The notes beneath the pieces were generated by a model. It saw only the letters and a list, made by a program, of their open reading frames with translations, ran no database searches and had not been told where the DNA came from. From Eledone cirrhosa (Eukaryota): a DNA stretch of 64,000 nucleotides. The stretch lies in contig OZ024742.1 in NCBI GenBank assembly GCA_964016885.1, positions 290,098,001 through 290,162,000 of the forward strand, given 5' to 3'. The translations under genes and the position numbers were made by a program. Numbering within the stretch: the stretch's first letter is position 1; the number at the start of each line of letters is the position of its first letter. Below are positions 14,943 through 27,938 of the stretch, piece by piece.

Positions 14943-15846
14943 GGAGGGCCCTGTAGAAACAGTAGACAGCTTCTGCTACCTAGGTGACCGAATTAGCAAC
15001 GGAGGTGGGTGCTCAGAAAGTACAATAACTAGGGTAAGAACGGGATGGAAGAAGTTTAGGGAACTACTACCACTGCTAGCTGCAAAAGGCTTCTCCCTCA
15101 GAATGAAAGGCAGACTGTATGATGTGTGTATCCGAACAGCGATGTTGCATGGTAGTGAGACCTGGGCGCTGAAGGTGGAAGACTTACGTAGATTAGAGAG
15201 AAACGAAGCCTGCATGCTCCGATGGATGTGTAACAGTAATATACGTGAACGACAAAGCATAAAGGAATTGAGAGAGAGACTGAGCATAAGAGGAATCAAA
15301 TGCTGCATGCAGGAGAGGCGGTTATGCTGGTATGGACATGTGATGCGTATGAAGGATGACAGCTGCATAAAAAGGTGCAGAGCACTAGAAGTCGATGGAA
15401 ACCGCGGAGTGGGGAGACCCAAGATGACCTGGGATGAGGTGATAAAAGCCGACCTTACCCAATTACACCTCTCAAAGACAATGACACACGACCGTGACTT
15501 CTGGCGTCACGCAGTAATACAGGGTACCCGACCTCCCATGGGTACATGCTGAAGCATATAAACAATATGCCCCCACTCCCCCCACCGCAAGGTGGTCGTG
15601 GAGGTGCCACGGCAAAAAAAGCACCCAGCCCACACTGTAAAGTGGACGTGTAGGCGCCACGAAAAAGCACCCAGCACTCACTGTAAATGAGGTTGGTGTT
15701 AGGAAGGGCATCCAGCTGTAGAAATCAAGCCAGATCAGTTCCTGTATGAGCAAGGCATGGTCAGCCGACCAGACACTACCCACAACAGGACAACCCGTCT
15801 AACCCATGCTAGCGTGGAAGAACGGACGTAAAACGGTGATGATGAT
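14943..15846 (+). mobile_element. RTE LINE 3' fragment
   Basis: ORF 15103-15552 (LHGSETW, RRLCWYGHVMR); 3' UTR; GATGATGAT tail. Confidence 0.92.
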
Positions 15847-16194
15847 ATATATATATAATTTATATATGTAAAAATTTATATATGTAAAAACTAACACTCT
15901 CCCATCCCCTCTGGCTTTCGGCTGACTGCCACAGTCGGGATGGGTAGCAGTAAACTATGGTACAGGCCTAGGTGGGCCATTGTTTGGCTGAGAGGGTGAA
16001 CTGACTAAGCGAATTTCGTTGAAATCTGCGGTAGCTAATGATCAACTTCCTTCGGACCTGCGCCTGCGCAGACCGGTGGGGGTGAATTGGTACTCACAGG
16101 GGAACGGATGAAGAACCCAAAAGCACACACTTCATCCGTTCCCATGTCGATTCAATTTGGATTGCCTCGGAAACATAACCTTATTATGTAACAA

Positions 16195-16268
16195 GCTGTC
16201 TGATGATGTCACGACACTCGCACACAGAACAGTGTGGCCAGTGTCGTCATTGAAATATATATCACAGC
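16195..16268 (+). ncRNA. Type I hammerhead ribozyme with extended stem II
   Basis: GCTGT-CTGATGA-TGTCACGACACT..CACAC..GTGTG..AGTGTCGTCATT-GAAA-TATATA-TC-ACAGC; perfect 5-bp stem I. Confidence 0.85.
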
Positions 16269-16323
16269 ATTATTATTAAAGGACTTGAACATCTGAAACT
16301 ACTTCGTTTTTCCTTATTCTATA

Positions 16324-16387
<64 letters not shown>

Positions 16388-16917
16388 ATATATATAATTT
16401 ATATATATATATAATTTATATATATATATAACCCATGCTAGCGTGGAAGAACGGACGTAAAACGGTGATGATGATGATGATATATATAATTTATATACAT
16501 ATATATATATAATTTATATATATATAATTTATATATATATATATATATAATATATATAATATATAATATATATATATATATAATATAGGGACCGTTCTGA
16601 CGAAGGCCATTCAAGCCTAAAATGAAAAATACAATAGTAATTATAGAGTAATGTAAATGCTCAAGCGTTAAGCAAACCCAACCAAGCTCATGGATGTTAT
16701 CCAACCATCTTGCTCAGGGTTTACCTTGAATCGCCTGCCAGTTGGTTTTGTTTGTAAAATCTGTCCAGTGATTCTTTCCTGAGACATTCTAACCACATGT
16801 CCATGGTCTCAGAGCTGTAATCTCTCTTCTTTATTGATTCATAAAATTTTTCACTTCATAGACATCATTTGAGCTCCTCTATTATTGTGGTACTGTTTGA
16901 ACTAAGAGAAAATAATT

Positions 16918-17113
16918 CATTAGCGCTTTAGCATTTACATCACTTTATATTTATGCAGTAAAGGCCTTACCTCACATAACCATCTCACACAATATCAAAT
17001 CTATGAGATTTTGATGTTAAACAATACCCCGACATCAGAATGAGCAGCCGGTTACAGCCGGTTGGAACAGAAAGAGGTGAGAATTCCATCCAGATACAAC
17101 CGGTTTAAATGCT
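16918..17113. mobile_element. Small MITE-like element truncating the PDSS2 copy
   Basis: Short terminal inverted motif AGCATTTA...TAAATGCT; recalled as similar to an abundant cephalopod MITE (not verified). Confidence 0.5.
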
Positions 17114-17870
17114 GGTGTGCATATGCAAGGTTGATGCCAAATTTGTAAGCTTTTTCTTGCACAATAGTTTCATGTTCAGCAAGAATTATTGCAGCCTGGT
17201 AGCTATAATGAAGCAAGTTACCATAAGAGAGGTAAGCTTGGTTGAGCCAGTCACTAAATGTAATTGTCTCTTTTAATAGACCATTGCCATCGGAATCTAT
17301 AAAACTAGTAAACTGGGATTCCATTATCTTTTTTATTGATTCTGATATAATTTCAACAACTTTTGTGTTGTGTAATTTGGCAAGTGCAGAACATGCAGAG
17401 GCCAAAAGAAAGTCACCACTCAAAATAGCCATTTTGTTACAAAAGTCTAAATTACGTCTTTCACTACTGTCAACTGTCTTTAGATTTAAAACCCTTTTAT
17501 GGATCAGAGTAGCTGTGTGGATCATCTCAGTTAATTCAGCAAGACAGCGCTGACTTGGGTAAATTCCATCAATGCTGTCGTCATCAAGAGTGGAATTAGG
17601 ACAGGAACCAGCAGCTTTGGCAATTAGAAGAACAATAAGCCCACACATCTGGAGATTATGTTTGCCATCGTGTAGTAGGCCCTTTACCATCTTTAACAAC
17701 GGGTGACGAGTTCCAACTAATTTCCTCATCTGAAGAGCAATGTTAGATAGTTCATCGCTCAGGAGGTACTGGAGACTTAAAAATGAGGTAGGGTAGCCAA
17801 CTACTTTTTCAGCTTCAGACACAGCTTTTTTCCAGTCAGGACTGGTATTTGAACGCCAGGAAGAAAACAT
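17052..17870 (-). pseudogene. PDSS2: Intronless, truncated decaprenyl-diphosphate synthase subunit 2-like copy (probable retrocopy)
   Basis: WKKAVSEAEKVVGYPTSFLSL, QMRKLVGTRHPLL, QRCLAELTEMIHTATLIH, NKMAILSGDFLLASAC. No introns over ~250 codons; homology ends at YAHQ. Confidence 0.82.
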
Positions 17871-17966
17871 GTTATTAACCAGTATTTGTGTTTCCTTTGG
17901 ATTGGGCAGAGTAAAGTAACATGGTGCCCAATAATATAATATATATATTATATATATAATATATAT

Positions 17967-18232
17967 AAAGTATTGTGAACTATATGTTTGATTGTTTTGG
18001 AAAAAGCTGGTTCAATGCAAATTAGAAATACAAGAGTGAAAACTAGAATAAAGTAAAGCAAACAAAACAAAGTAATTTTTCAAAAGGAGAGGGAGTGTGA
18101 TGGTGGCATCAAGATAAAAGTACAAATTGTTTTGATTGTCTTATTCTACTCTAGTTTTCAGTCCTTTATTTCTAAATTGCATTGCACCAGCTTTCCACAA
18201 ACAATCACAACCACATATCTTACAATACTTAT
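17967..18232. repeat. Imperfect inverted repeat (old MITE or fold-back)
   Basis: GGAAAAAGCTGGTTCAATGCAAATTAGAAATA vs TATTTCTAAATTGCATTGCACCAGCTTTCC. Confidence 0.6.
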
Positions 18233-18344
18233 TATAAAAAAGAGTTGTTGGGGCAGAATCCTCAAACACTCCTTCCAACGGGTCCTGTCAGAAGCAACTG
18301 TCTTGAATTAATCTAGTTGGAACCCCTTACATCTGTTTTCTTGA

Positions 18345-19167
18345 GCGTTTGGTCTTGATAGCCTTTTGCAACTGCCTCAGCAAGTTGGCATAGTACTCTC
18401 CATTGATGATGTGGCCCTTTTGAAGATAGTTAATAAACACAATGCCTTTTGCGTCCCCAAAAAACTGAGATCATCACCTTCTCTGCAGATGAAACAACCT
18501 TGGCCTTCATTGGAGCAGGTGAGGATGGGTGTTTCCACTGCATGGATTGTCTTTTTGTCTCTGGTTCAAAGTGATGAACTCAACTCATTTTGCATGAGGA
18601 AACGTTCAAAGAAACTAACTGGATCTGTCTCAAACAATGTCAGATTTCCCATGATGTGATCAAGTGTCAGAAGACATGGCACCCACTAGTAGAAACCTTT
18701 GTCATGCTAAGTTCATGCAGAATATTCTCAACTCTCTCATGGGGTATGTTAATAGCATTGACTATTTGATTTATAGTCAATCACTTGTCATCCATCACCA
18801 ATGTTTTCCTTGGTGGTGGCAGTTGCAGGACTTCTGGACCATGGGTCATCTTCAAGACTCTCCCTTCCTCTCCTAAATTCAACTACTCACTTTTGTATTG
18901 TTGATAAAACTGGAGCATCATTCATTAATGTAACAACCATGTCAGCATGAATGTCCTTGAGGACTAAACCCTTTTTCTGCAGGTATGTGATAACACTACA
19001 ATGCCAAATTTTGTCCATTATCAAGAGAAGTTGCTACTAGTTACCTTTGAAGTCTTATTCAAAGTCAGATGTCAGTTATTAATAAGAGTTGAAAATAATG
19101 CATGCAAGATTTCACAGTTCTAGCATCACTTTCATAGTCAGCCAATGAACTTTTCAGCTCACCCTTG
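18345..19167 (-). mobile_element. Degenerate mariner-type transposon (5' part)
   Basis: TA|CAAGGGTGAGCTGAAAAGTTC terminus; broken frame MDKIWHCSVITYLQKKG..EFRRGRESLEDDP..KVSTSGCH. Confidence 0.8.
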
Positions 19168-19699
19168 TATAACAGACTAAAATACATACACAAATCTAAA
19201 GCAAAATTTCCTTGGTGCAATTGGGGAATTCCAAAATACCATATCTAAAAGGATACATGCCAACATTCTTGTGGAGGTCCCCATAACTTGTCAGAGGGAC
19301 GGATCAACAGTCCTCTTTCCACACAATTAGGGTAAATGGTCTTCACTTTTTCTCCCTCGTCATTTAACATGGCCTCACTTAGGATAGGCAGTGTAATTGC
19401 ACATGGCCTGGGGTAGTCTTGGAAGCAGGACCACCTGCTAAATGGCCTCAGGTCATTGAACATAGACGTGGTGGCCATCAGCAAGACCAAATCATATCTA
19501 GATAGGATATTCTGTAGAGAAGTAAATAAAGCTAGAATAGGTTGTCCACAATTCAAAGTAATCAACTAGGCAGACCACAAATTTGTAAAGAGCAATAAAA
19601 TAAAGCATGGAAAGTGGAAGAATGATGATGATGTACTTTTATTTCATATAAAAAACTAAACAGTAAAAACATCTCAAACATAATGTGGCAGCTGAATAA

Positions 19700-19887
19700 T
19701 TATAAAGTCAAGATTTTTTTTTTCTTCTTTTTGGGAGAACAATCTTGTATGAAGGTGTCTTTGTTATTATCACTGTCACCACATACATCCATGTGTAGAT
19801 GAAGAGATAATGCTACAGAAGAAGACCACAATGCTAATTCAACTTGATGAGCTGGCCATTTTCTTTGGATCGAGGATGATTTGGAAT
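19700..19887 (-). CDS. Amun-like (HhH/DNA-glycosylase-like) gene, last coding exon
   Basis: tttcag acceptor; ..KWPAHQVELALWS..PKKKKKK*; phase matches the previous exon. Confidence 0.82.
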
Positions 19888-19984
19888 CTGAAATAAAATA
19901 AAAAGTCACCATTAACTCTGAACATCAAAAGGTTATAGAATCTTTACTGGTAGACAGATCGTTGTGAAAATTTGCATTATAATA

Positions 19985-20090
19985 ATTGTTTCTACTTTTG
20001 GCACAAGGTCAGCAATTATCCCAGTGCATTACTGGTACTTTATTTTATCGACCCAGTTAGGATGAAAGGCAAAGTTAACCTCGGCGGGTG
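19985..20090 (-). mobile_element. SINE fragment
   Basis: GAGGTTAACTTTGCCTTTCATCC..GGGTCGATAAAATAAAGTACCAGT core, shared with copies at 48625 and 52030. Confidence 0.7.
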
Positions 20091-20139
20091 TACAGTGCTT
20101 GGGTGCATTACAACTCATCAAAATTTTATATATTAATCA

Positions 20140-20470
20140 ATTATATGGTGGTCGTGTAGGCATTACGACTAAAAACACCCAGCCCACAATGTAAAGTGGT
20201 CATGTAGACATCACGACAAAAAGCATCCAGCCCACACTGAAAAGTGGTCGTATAGGTGTCACAACAAAAAAACATCCAGCCCACACTGTAAAGTGGTTGT
20301 GTAGGCATCACAACAAAAAGCACCCAGTACTCATTCTAAATGTGGTTGTCATTAGGAACGGCATCCATCAAGACATGGTCACCTGACCTAGCATTTCTCA
20401 CAATAGGGCAACTTGTCTAACCCATGTTAGCATGGAAAAATGGATATTAAATGGTGATGTTGATGATGAT
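20140..20470 (+). repeat. Degenerate RTE 3'UTR-like tandem module with (ATG)n tail
   Basis: Four or five units of AAAGCACCCAGCCCACACTGTAAAGTGG, then TAACCCATG..TGATG. Confidence 0.7.
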
Positions 20471-20576
20471 ATTGGTAATGGTGATTGTTAGGATGATGAT
20501 GATGTAATGATAATGCTGACTAATGATGGTGGTGATGATAATGGTATATCAACAGAAAATAGGTGATAGAAAATAC

Positions 20577-20732
20577 CTGATTTCTCCAAGATTTTTCCAA
20601 TAGAATTCACAGCATTCATGTAGTCAATGAAATAAGGAATGGTGTAGGCCTTAAGTCTGTCTGGTAGAACCATTAACATGCTCTCATCAGCCATAAATGG
20701 AACCTTCTCTGGGAGAACAGCTGCCAGAATTG
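20577..20732 (-). CDS. Amun-like gene, internal exon
   Basis: atag acceptor, GTATTT donor; AILAAVLPEKVPFMADES..YTIPYF. Confidence 0.88.
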
Positions 20733-21058
20733 CTATATTGGATTAAAAGATAAGAATATATAATATTTTAAAATTCTGGTTAAGGTTTTGGACTCACATC
20801 AGTAGTGCTGATGCCATGATAAAATGCTTTCATTATATTCTGTAAAGTGGTAGTGCTGGTGTTATGATAAAATGTACCCAATACAATCTGTAAAGTGGTG
20901 TTGCCATTGTCACAATAAAATACTCACAGTACCCCTCTAAAATGGTAGTGCTGGTTCCCTGATAAATGCACCCAGTATATGCTGTAAAGTAGTAGTCCAA
21001 TGTCAATAAAATACACACAGTACTTCTGTGAAGTTGTAGATAGAAAAAAATAACTAAC

Positions 21059-21218
21059 CTGATGCAGTTGCTGGACCGACTGCCTTTAATGTGGTCAAGG
21101 TTTTCATTGCTGTAACTACATCTGGCAGTTGTTGAAATGCTTTACGGCTCACTGATTCTACCATCTTCGCATCATTACTCTTTACCAGTTCAGCGAGTCT
21201 GGGACGGAATTTACCACG
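21059..21218 (-). CDS. Amun-like gene, internal exon with HhH motif
   Basis: acag acceptor, GTTAGT donor; RGKFRPRLAELVKSN..LTTLKAVGPATAS. Confidence 0.9.
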
Positions 21219-21852
21219 CTGTTGTATATATATATTTATATATGTAAGTATATATATATATATGTATATACATATATATATATATACATTTATATATGTA
21301 TGTATATTAGGCTGTTCCATTTTGCAAACTATTTGCCAATCATCTCATATCAGATATGTCCATGCTTGAATTTATGAAATAACAAAGTTTACTGAATTAT
21401 GTCAATCAAATAATATTTAGGGGTTGCACACTTTCACATTTATGATGATTTTTGGGACCTGGCCAATAGTATATTGTCCTTTCTGTTCACTTAACTGGAT
21501 CCAATGAGGAAACTACACAACAGAACAAAATGAGATGAAAATAAGCAGGAGGAATATGTTCTAAATACACAATAATATTGAGGTTAAATAGAATAACTCT
21601 TTTTATGGATGAAATTTATAACCGAAAATGAACTTTTCTAGATCTCTCGACTCTTGTGGTGTAAGCTTAAGTTGTTCTTTGAACAGGACTATCTTGAATA
21701 CATATATATAGCCTTAGCCGTCCAATGAGCCTGGTGGTAAGCTCCTGGGACTGAGAAGGAGAACTAGGGAGGTGGCCAACCAACAAGATAAAGAAGGGAG
21801 AGCTTTATGAATTCAGCACAGTCCTCTTGGAGATGATCTCCAGAAAGCAGTA

Positions 21853-22790
21853 CATCATCATCATCATCATCATTTTACGTCCGCTTTTCCCTGTTTGCAA
21901 GGGTGGGGCAGGTCCTATTCAGCACAGCATCTCTCCACTTGTCACAGTCCTTCGTCATCTCCTCCGTGAGCTTCAGCAATCTGAGGTCTGTTCTCACCAC
22001 CTCCACCCATGTTTTTAGTGGTCTTCTTCTACTGCATCTTCCTTCTACTGGCATTTCTTGGCACTTCTTTACCCAGCAGTCATCTTCCATGCGCATCACA
22101 TGTCCATTAACATTGCATATCCTCCAACGGAGCATGCTTGCCTCATTTCTCTCCAGCCGTCGCATATCCTCTGCAGTTGCTGCCCATGTCTCACTACCAT
22201 GCAGCATCGCGCACCTCACACAAGCATCATATAACCAGCCTTTCGTACGCAGGGAGAAACCCTTCTTTGTCAGCAGAGGAAGCAGCTCTCTAAACTTCTT
22301 CCAACCCATCCTTATTCTAGATACTATGGCCTCGGAACACCCCCCTCCCATGCTAATCTGATAACCTAGGTACCGGAAACTATCAACCACCTCTATAGAA
22401 CCTACCTGCATTTGAAAAATGTGTCTATCAACGCGACTTCTACTGTCAAATTTCCCTGTACATCTACTGCATACATATTTTTCCCTACCTGTTAGTCTGC
22501 CTACTATCACACTACAGCTCTTGTGTACCGAAGATCTGCATTGTGTACATTTTATAGAATTTATGCCAGTTCCTTTTCTGCATATCGAACATGGCCATTT
22601 CCCTGATGGAATCAGAGTTTTGTCCTCTTTTCTACTTATCAACACTTTTGTCTTAGTTAGGTTCACTCTCAGTCCTCTTAATTCCAATTGCTGTTTCCAT
22701 AGCCAGAATTTATTCTCTAGCTCCTCTACTGATTCTGCTATAAGAACCAGATCATCAGCATTGAGAAGTTCTCATGGGCAGCCAGTCAGT
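21853..22790 (-). mobile_element. RTE LINE 3' fragment (short-tail subfamily), intronic
   Basis: ORF 21875-22687 is very similar to the 36290-37183 region; ends AAGCGGACGTAAAATGATG. Confidence 0.92.
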
Positions 22791-22899
22791 AGATATTCAA
22801 CCATCTCCTGCCTCTTTTGCTAGTAAAAATCTTTTATGGGCTCATCATTGCCCAGGATAGTTTGATAATCAAACAGATAGAATCTCAATTTTTCTAGAA

Positions 22900-23900
22900 C
22901 TTTTTGAACATTAGGATACCGGTACCAGATGGCGAAAAAAAGATTTCGAAGACTTTCTTCAAAACCAGTTCAAGAATGTGATGGCAGCAAGTCAGCCACA
23001 AAAGTCATTTTTCTGAGCTCCTTCAAATTTCATATTAGCTCCTTGGTGCATGCTGGTGCTACTAGCAGTCGTGTTCAAGGACATACCAGTTAGTCTAACC
23101 TTAATTTTGTGTCCTAAAATTTCCCTCAAAACAACTTCAGCAATTTACTGTCTGGTTCCATCTCTTGCAATGAGAGTACCTAAGAGATCCTCCTTTCTTT
23201 TTCCTACAAACCAATCTTCGAGTGTACTGGATTGGGAAGCCAATGGTAATAATTCTCCATTCCAGTAGAGGACTAGCTAGGGTCTGTCTTCAGGTGGAAA
23301 AGTGGGTAACTCAATTTCCTGAGTCATTGCCTCACGGTGACTGATTCTTGCCCATAAACAGTTAAAGGAGAAACCAAGAGTTCAGACACACCATGACCTA
23401 GACTCTTCGCAATTGCAATATAAGAAGTACTTGCTTGTCATACCGATAGTCTCTCCTGTTCCCACGTAGCAACAAAAGTGACATTGAGAGTCAGCTTTAT
23501 TCATCATGATTTTTGGAGCAGTGCTGACTTGAAGATATCATCATCATCCTCATTAATAGCTGAGCTGGATAACGAACTTTCAAGAGCTACTTTCTCAGAC
23601 ATTTTCTAGTCTTCTTCATCCTGCTTTCACTTTCTTACTTTCATATCATGAATTTTCTTTTCCTTCTTCTGAATGGCTTTCACATGTTCTGCATTAACAC
23701 CAACCATAAATGAAAACATCCGATCTTCCCGCTGTGTCTCAAGGAAAGCTTTGTCTTCAGATGGGACTCCCTTTTGTTCAAGAACATCCTGGCTTGCAAT
23801 GTCAAAGATTTCCTTGAGGTCATCTATCCAAATCTCACACTTTGCAATTGCTTTGTCAGTCATCCTTGACTTTTCTTTCTCTGCCCTTGATACTCATTAT
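22900..23900 (-). mobile_element. Decayed DNA transposon transposase (superfamily uncertain)
   Basis: Remnants IFDIASQD..EDKAFLETQREDR, YWNGELL, LLGT..DGT, NTTASST, CCHHILELVLKKVF. Confidence 0.6.
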
Positions 23901-24059
23901 ACACTTGTTTGGGGGTGAGTCGAGCCTGGGGTAACTCTCAAGCAGCCAAATAGCCTTTCTGATTTCCATTTTCTTATTCTCTATGAAAGAAGACAAGCAA
24001 AATCAATCAATCAATTTTATTTTAACGAGCCTTTAGGTTCTCACATTTCTGGAACCCAG

Positions 24060-24540
24060 AAGAAGGGAGGCTGATGAGCTCTGGGCAAAAGCATTTCCAC
24101 AGACAATGCCTAGCAACAACCACTGCAACAGCCATCCCACCTTGCGGGGCTTCTTCCTCAGGTGGGTTGCTGCCATTAAAGTATAATGGGTAACATTTTA
24201 TTGATTTAAAATTTCACATTCAGAAGTAGATATTTACAAATGCAAAAGGAAGAAAAAATGAGAGTGGAGAGACAGAAATTCATTACAAAAAAAATATGGT
24301 AGAGAAATGAGGAAGGGAGGAAAATTTTACACTCTTGGTTGAACAGTGTACCTCAGCTGTGTCCTGCAGACAAAAGTATTGCTGTAGAGAACAGCCAGCA
24401 ATACCCACTACATCGGTCATTCCACCTCCTTACAATAGTCCTTCCTCTGGTGAGATGCACATGTCACAATTATGTGGATGAAAATAGCAGTCTAGGCGCT
24501 GAAGAAACCAGAGGTCTCAGTGGCATCTGCCACAACAAGG
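24060..24540 (-). mobile_element. Two decayed CRE-like non-LTR 3' fragments
   Basis: VGWLLQWLLLGIVCGNAFA and ATETSG..LAVLYSN resemble the RLE C-terminus at 50760-51090. Confidence 0.45.
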
Positions 24541-24659
24541 AACTGGTCAGTCAAAGCTTGAGGTAACTGATATAAGGAGGGAATGGTCAGTCAAGACTTG
24601 CGGTAACTGATACAAGGAGGGAATTATCAGAGAAATAAACAAAAGAAGTAGATTCTTAC

Positions 24660-24753
24660 TGTTAACTTCCACTTCATCAGTTTACAGAGTTCTTCGTGGT
24701 TTATATATCTGGTCCGTCTTTGATTTATGGTTGTTGGAAGATCATTTTGATAC
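24660..24753 (-). CDS. Amun-like gene, internal exon
   Basis: tttctag acceptor, GTAAGA donor; (W)YQNDLP..EELCKLMKWKLT. Confidence 0.88.
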
Positions 24754-25107
24754 CTAGAAATATATATATATATATATATATATAAACGTATGGAGTTAGA
24801 AGGCCAAAACAATGCAGGTATGGATATAGAATATAAATACAAAAGATATTGCTGACAATTAGTCTTTTGCCTTAAATTTATTTGAATATCCTTAATATTC
24901 GAGATAATATATCTTCTTCGGAGGGAAGTAAAGGTGTTAATCCAGTGTCCTAATTAGACCTGGCAAGCTAATTAGAACACTGGATTAACCCCTTTACTTC
25001 CCTCCAAAGAAGAGATATTATCTCAAAAATTAAGGATATTCAAATAAATTTAAGGTAAAAGACTAATTGTCAGCAATATCTTTGGCATTTGTATTTATAT
25101 TCTATAT

Positions 25108-27938
25108 TGAGGAAGGATTCAGACTTCTAGAATTCTGCGACGTGAGGAAGGATTCAGACTTCTAGAATTCTGAGACGCCAATGACATGTCGATATGTAAC
25201 ACAAACTTCAAAAAACCCGACAACCACCTGATCACCTATAGATCAGGGGAGCATTCTAGTCAGATAGATTTTATCCTCATCAGAGGACGTGACAGATGGA
25301 CGGTCGTAAACACAAAAGCCTACCCTAGTGAGGAATGTACCTCCCAACATAGCTTAGTTGTCAGCGACCTCACGGTCAGAACTAGACGAACCTGGAAACA
25401 GAGGCCAACCTGGAGAAGAAAGATCTGGAAGCTGAAAGACCCCTCAGCCAGTAACAGATTTAAAGATATTTTACTCAACGCCTACAACAGTAAAGAAGAA
25501 CAGATAGAGACATTCAATGTAGAAGAGCACTGGGAGTTCCTAAAAAAATAACTTACTAGAGGCGACGGATGAGGTCTGTGGCTGGAGTAAGACCACAAGC
25601 AGGAGGAGAGTGACTTGGTGGTGGAACAATAAGGTAGATGAAGCAGTTAAGGCCAAGAGAGAGGCATGGAAAGAATGGAAGAACGGGGGGGAGCAGGGTA
25701 CATTACATAGAGATCAAGAGGGAAGCTAGGCGACAAGTATACTTAGCTAGGAGGGAAGCAGAGGATAGAAAATTCAAGCATGTTTTGCAACGTGAGGACC
25801 AGAAACAGGAGGTTTCAAGATTGCGAGGCAGTGTGTCAGAGAGAATTGTAATGTCATTGGAGAGAAGTGTATCCGGAATGATAAAGGTGAGAAGAAAGAT
25901 GCATGGAAGAGCCATTATGATAGATTACTAAATGAGGAGAATGCATGGGAAGAAGAGACCCTACCCCAAGTAGACCCTATAGAGGGGCCAGCAGTACAAG
26001 TCAGCAGTAGCGTAGTAAGTAAGGCAATCAAAGATATGAGGATGGGGAAGGCAATCGGTCCATCGGGTATAGCTACCGAGATGCTGAAGGCATCTGGGTC
26101 TGTAGGTCACACTATAACCACACGTATTGTTAACCAGGTAATACTAGAAGGTGTCATACCAAAAGATTGGTGCAGTAGCATCATTGTCAACTGCTACAAA
26201 GGTAAAGGTGATGCACTAGATAGAGGAAACTATAGAGGTATAAAGCTGATGGACCAGGTCATGAAAGTAACAGAAAGAGTTATAGCACAGTTGATTAGGG
26301 ACCGGGTGAAAATGGATAAGATGCAATTTGGGTTTGTACCAGGAAGAGGCACCACTGATGCCCTCTTCCTTGTGAGGCAGTTACAGGAAAAGTACTTAGC
26401 TAAAAGTAAGCCACTCTACCTGGCATTCGGCGATCTCGAGAAAGCCTTTGACAGAGTTCCACGTGCTGTAATCTGGTGGGCTCTTAGAAAACTAGGAGTA
26501 GATGAATGGCTTGTGAAAGCTGTACAAGCCATGTATAGGGGAGCAGTCAGCAAAGTTAGGATTAGCAATGAGTATAACGAGGAATTTAGCGTACAGGTTG
26601 GTGTCCACCAAGGCTCTGTTCTCAGCCCTCTCCTGTTCATCATAGTCCTGCAGGCAATAACGGAGGAGTTTAAGACCGGATGCCCATGGAAACTCCTGTA
26701 TGCTGATGACCTCGCACTTATAGCTGAATCTATGGTAGAACTAGAGAAGAAATTCCAAACTTGGAAGCAGGGACTAGAAAGAAAGGGTCTCAAAGTCAAC
26801 ATGACAAAGACTAAGGTCCTTGTAAGTAGACGAGAAAACAGAACCCAGATCCCCTCAGGGAAATGGCCTTGCTCAGTATGTAGGAAAGGTGTAGGTAGGA
26901 ACTCCATTCTCTGCCCCAAATGCAAACAATGGGTACACAAGAGATGTAGCGGGATCTCAGGAAGCTTAATTAAGAATGTAGGCTTCACATGCAGCAAACA
27001 GCCACAGGAAACAAGTACCACCAATCTCTGGGAGGGCTCTGTATAAACAGTAGACAGCTTTGGCTACCTAGGTGACCGAATTAGCAGCGGAAGTGGGTGC
27101 TCAGAAAGTACAATAACTAGGGTAAGAACGGGATGGAAGATGTTCAGGGAACTACTACCACTGCTAGCTGCAAAAGGCTTCTCCCTCAAAATGAAAGGCA
27201 GACTGTATGATGCGTGTATCCGAACAGCAATGTTACATGGTAGTGAGACCTGGGGGCTGTCTATGGGTGACTTGCGTAGATTAGAAAGAAACGTAGCCTG
27301 CATGCTCCGATGGATGTGTAATAGTAATATACGCGAACGACAAAGCATAAATGAATTGAGAGACAGACTGAGCATAAGAGGAATCAAATGCTGTGTGCAG
27401 GAGAGGCGGTTGCGTTGGTATGGACATGTGATGCGTATGAAGGATGACAGCTGCATAAAAAGGTGCAGAGCACTAGAAGTCGATGGAAACCGCGGGGTGG
27501 GGAGACCCAAGATGACCTGGGATGAGGTGATAAAAGCCGACCTTACCCAATTACACCTCTCAAAGGCGATGACACACGACCGTGACCTCTGGCGTCACGC
27601 AGTAATACAGAGTACCCGACCTCCCATGAGTACAAGCTGAAGCATATAGACAATATGCCCCCACACCCTCCCACTGTAAGGTGGTCGTGGAGGCGCCACG
27701 GCAAAAAAGCACCCCGCCCACACTGTAAAGTGGACGTGTAGGCGCCACGAAAAAGCAGCCAGCACTCACTGTAAATGAGGTTGGTGTTAGGAAGGGCATC
27801 CAGCTGTAGAAATCAAGCCAAAATCAGTTCCTGTATGAGCAAGGCATGGTCAGCCGACCAGACACTGCCAACAACAGAACAACCCGTCTAACCCATGCTA
27901 GCATGGAAGAACGGACGTAAAACGGTGATGATGATGAT
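25108..27938 (+). mobile_element. 5'-truncated RTE LINE, frameshifted
   Basis: APE end (QIDFIL, SQHSLV), RT (DLEKAFD, GVHQGSVLSP, YADD), 3' UTR and (GAT)n tail. Confidence 0.95.
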
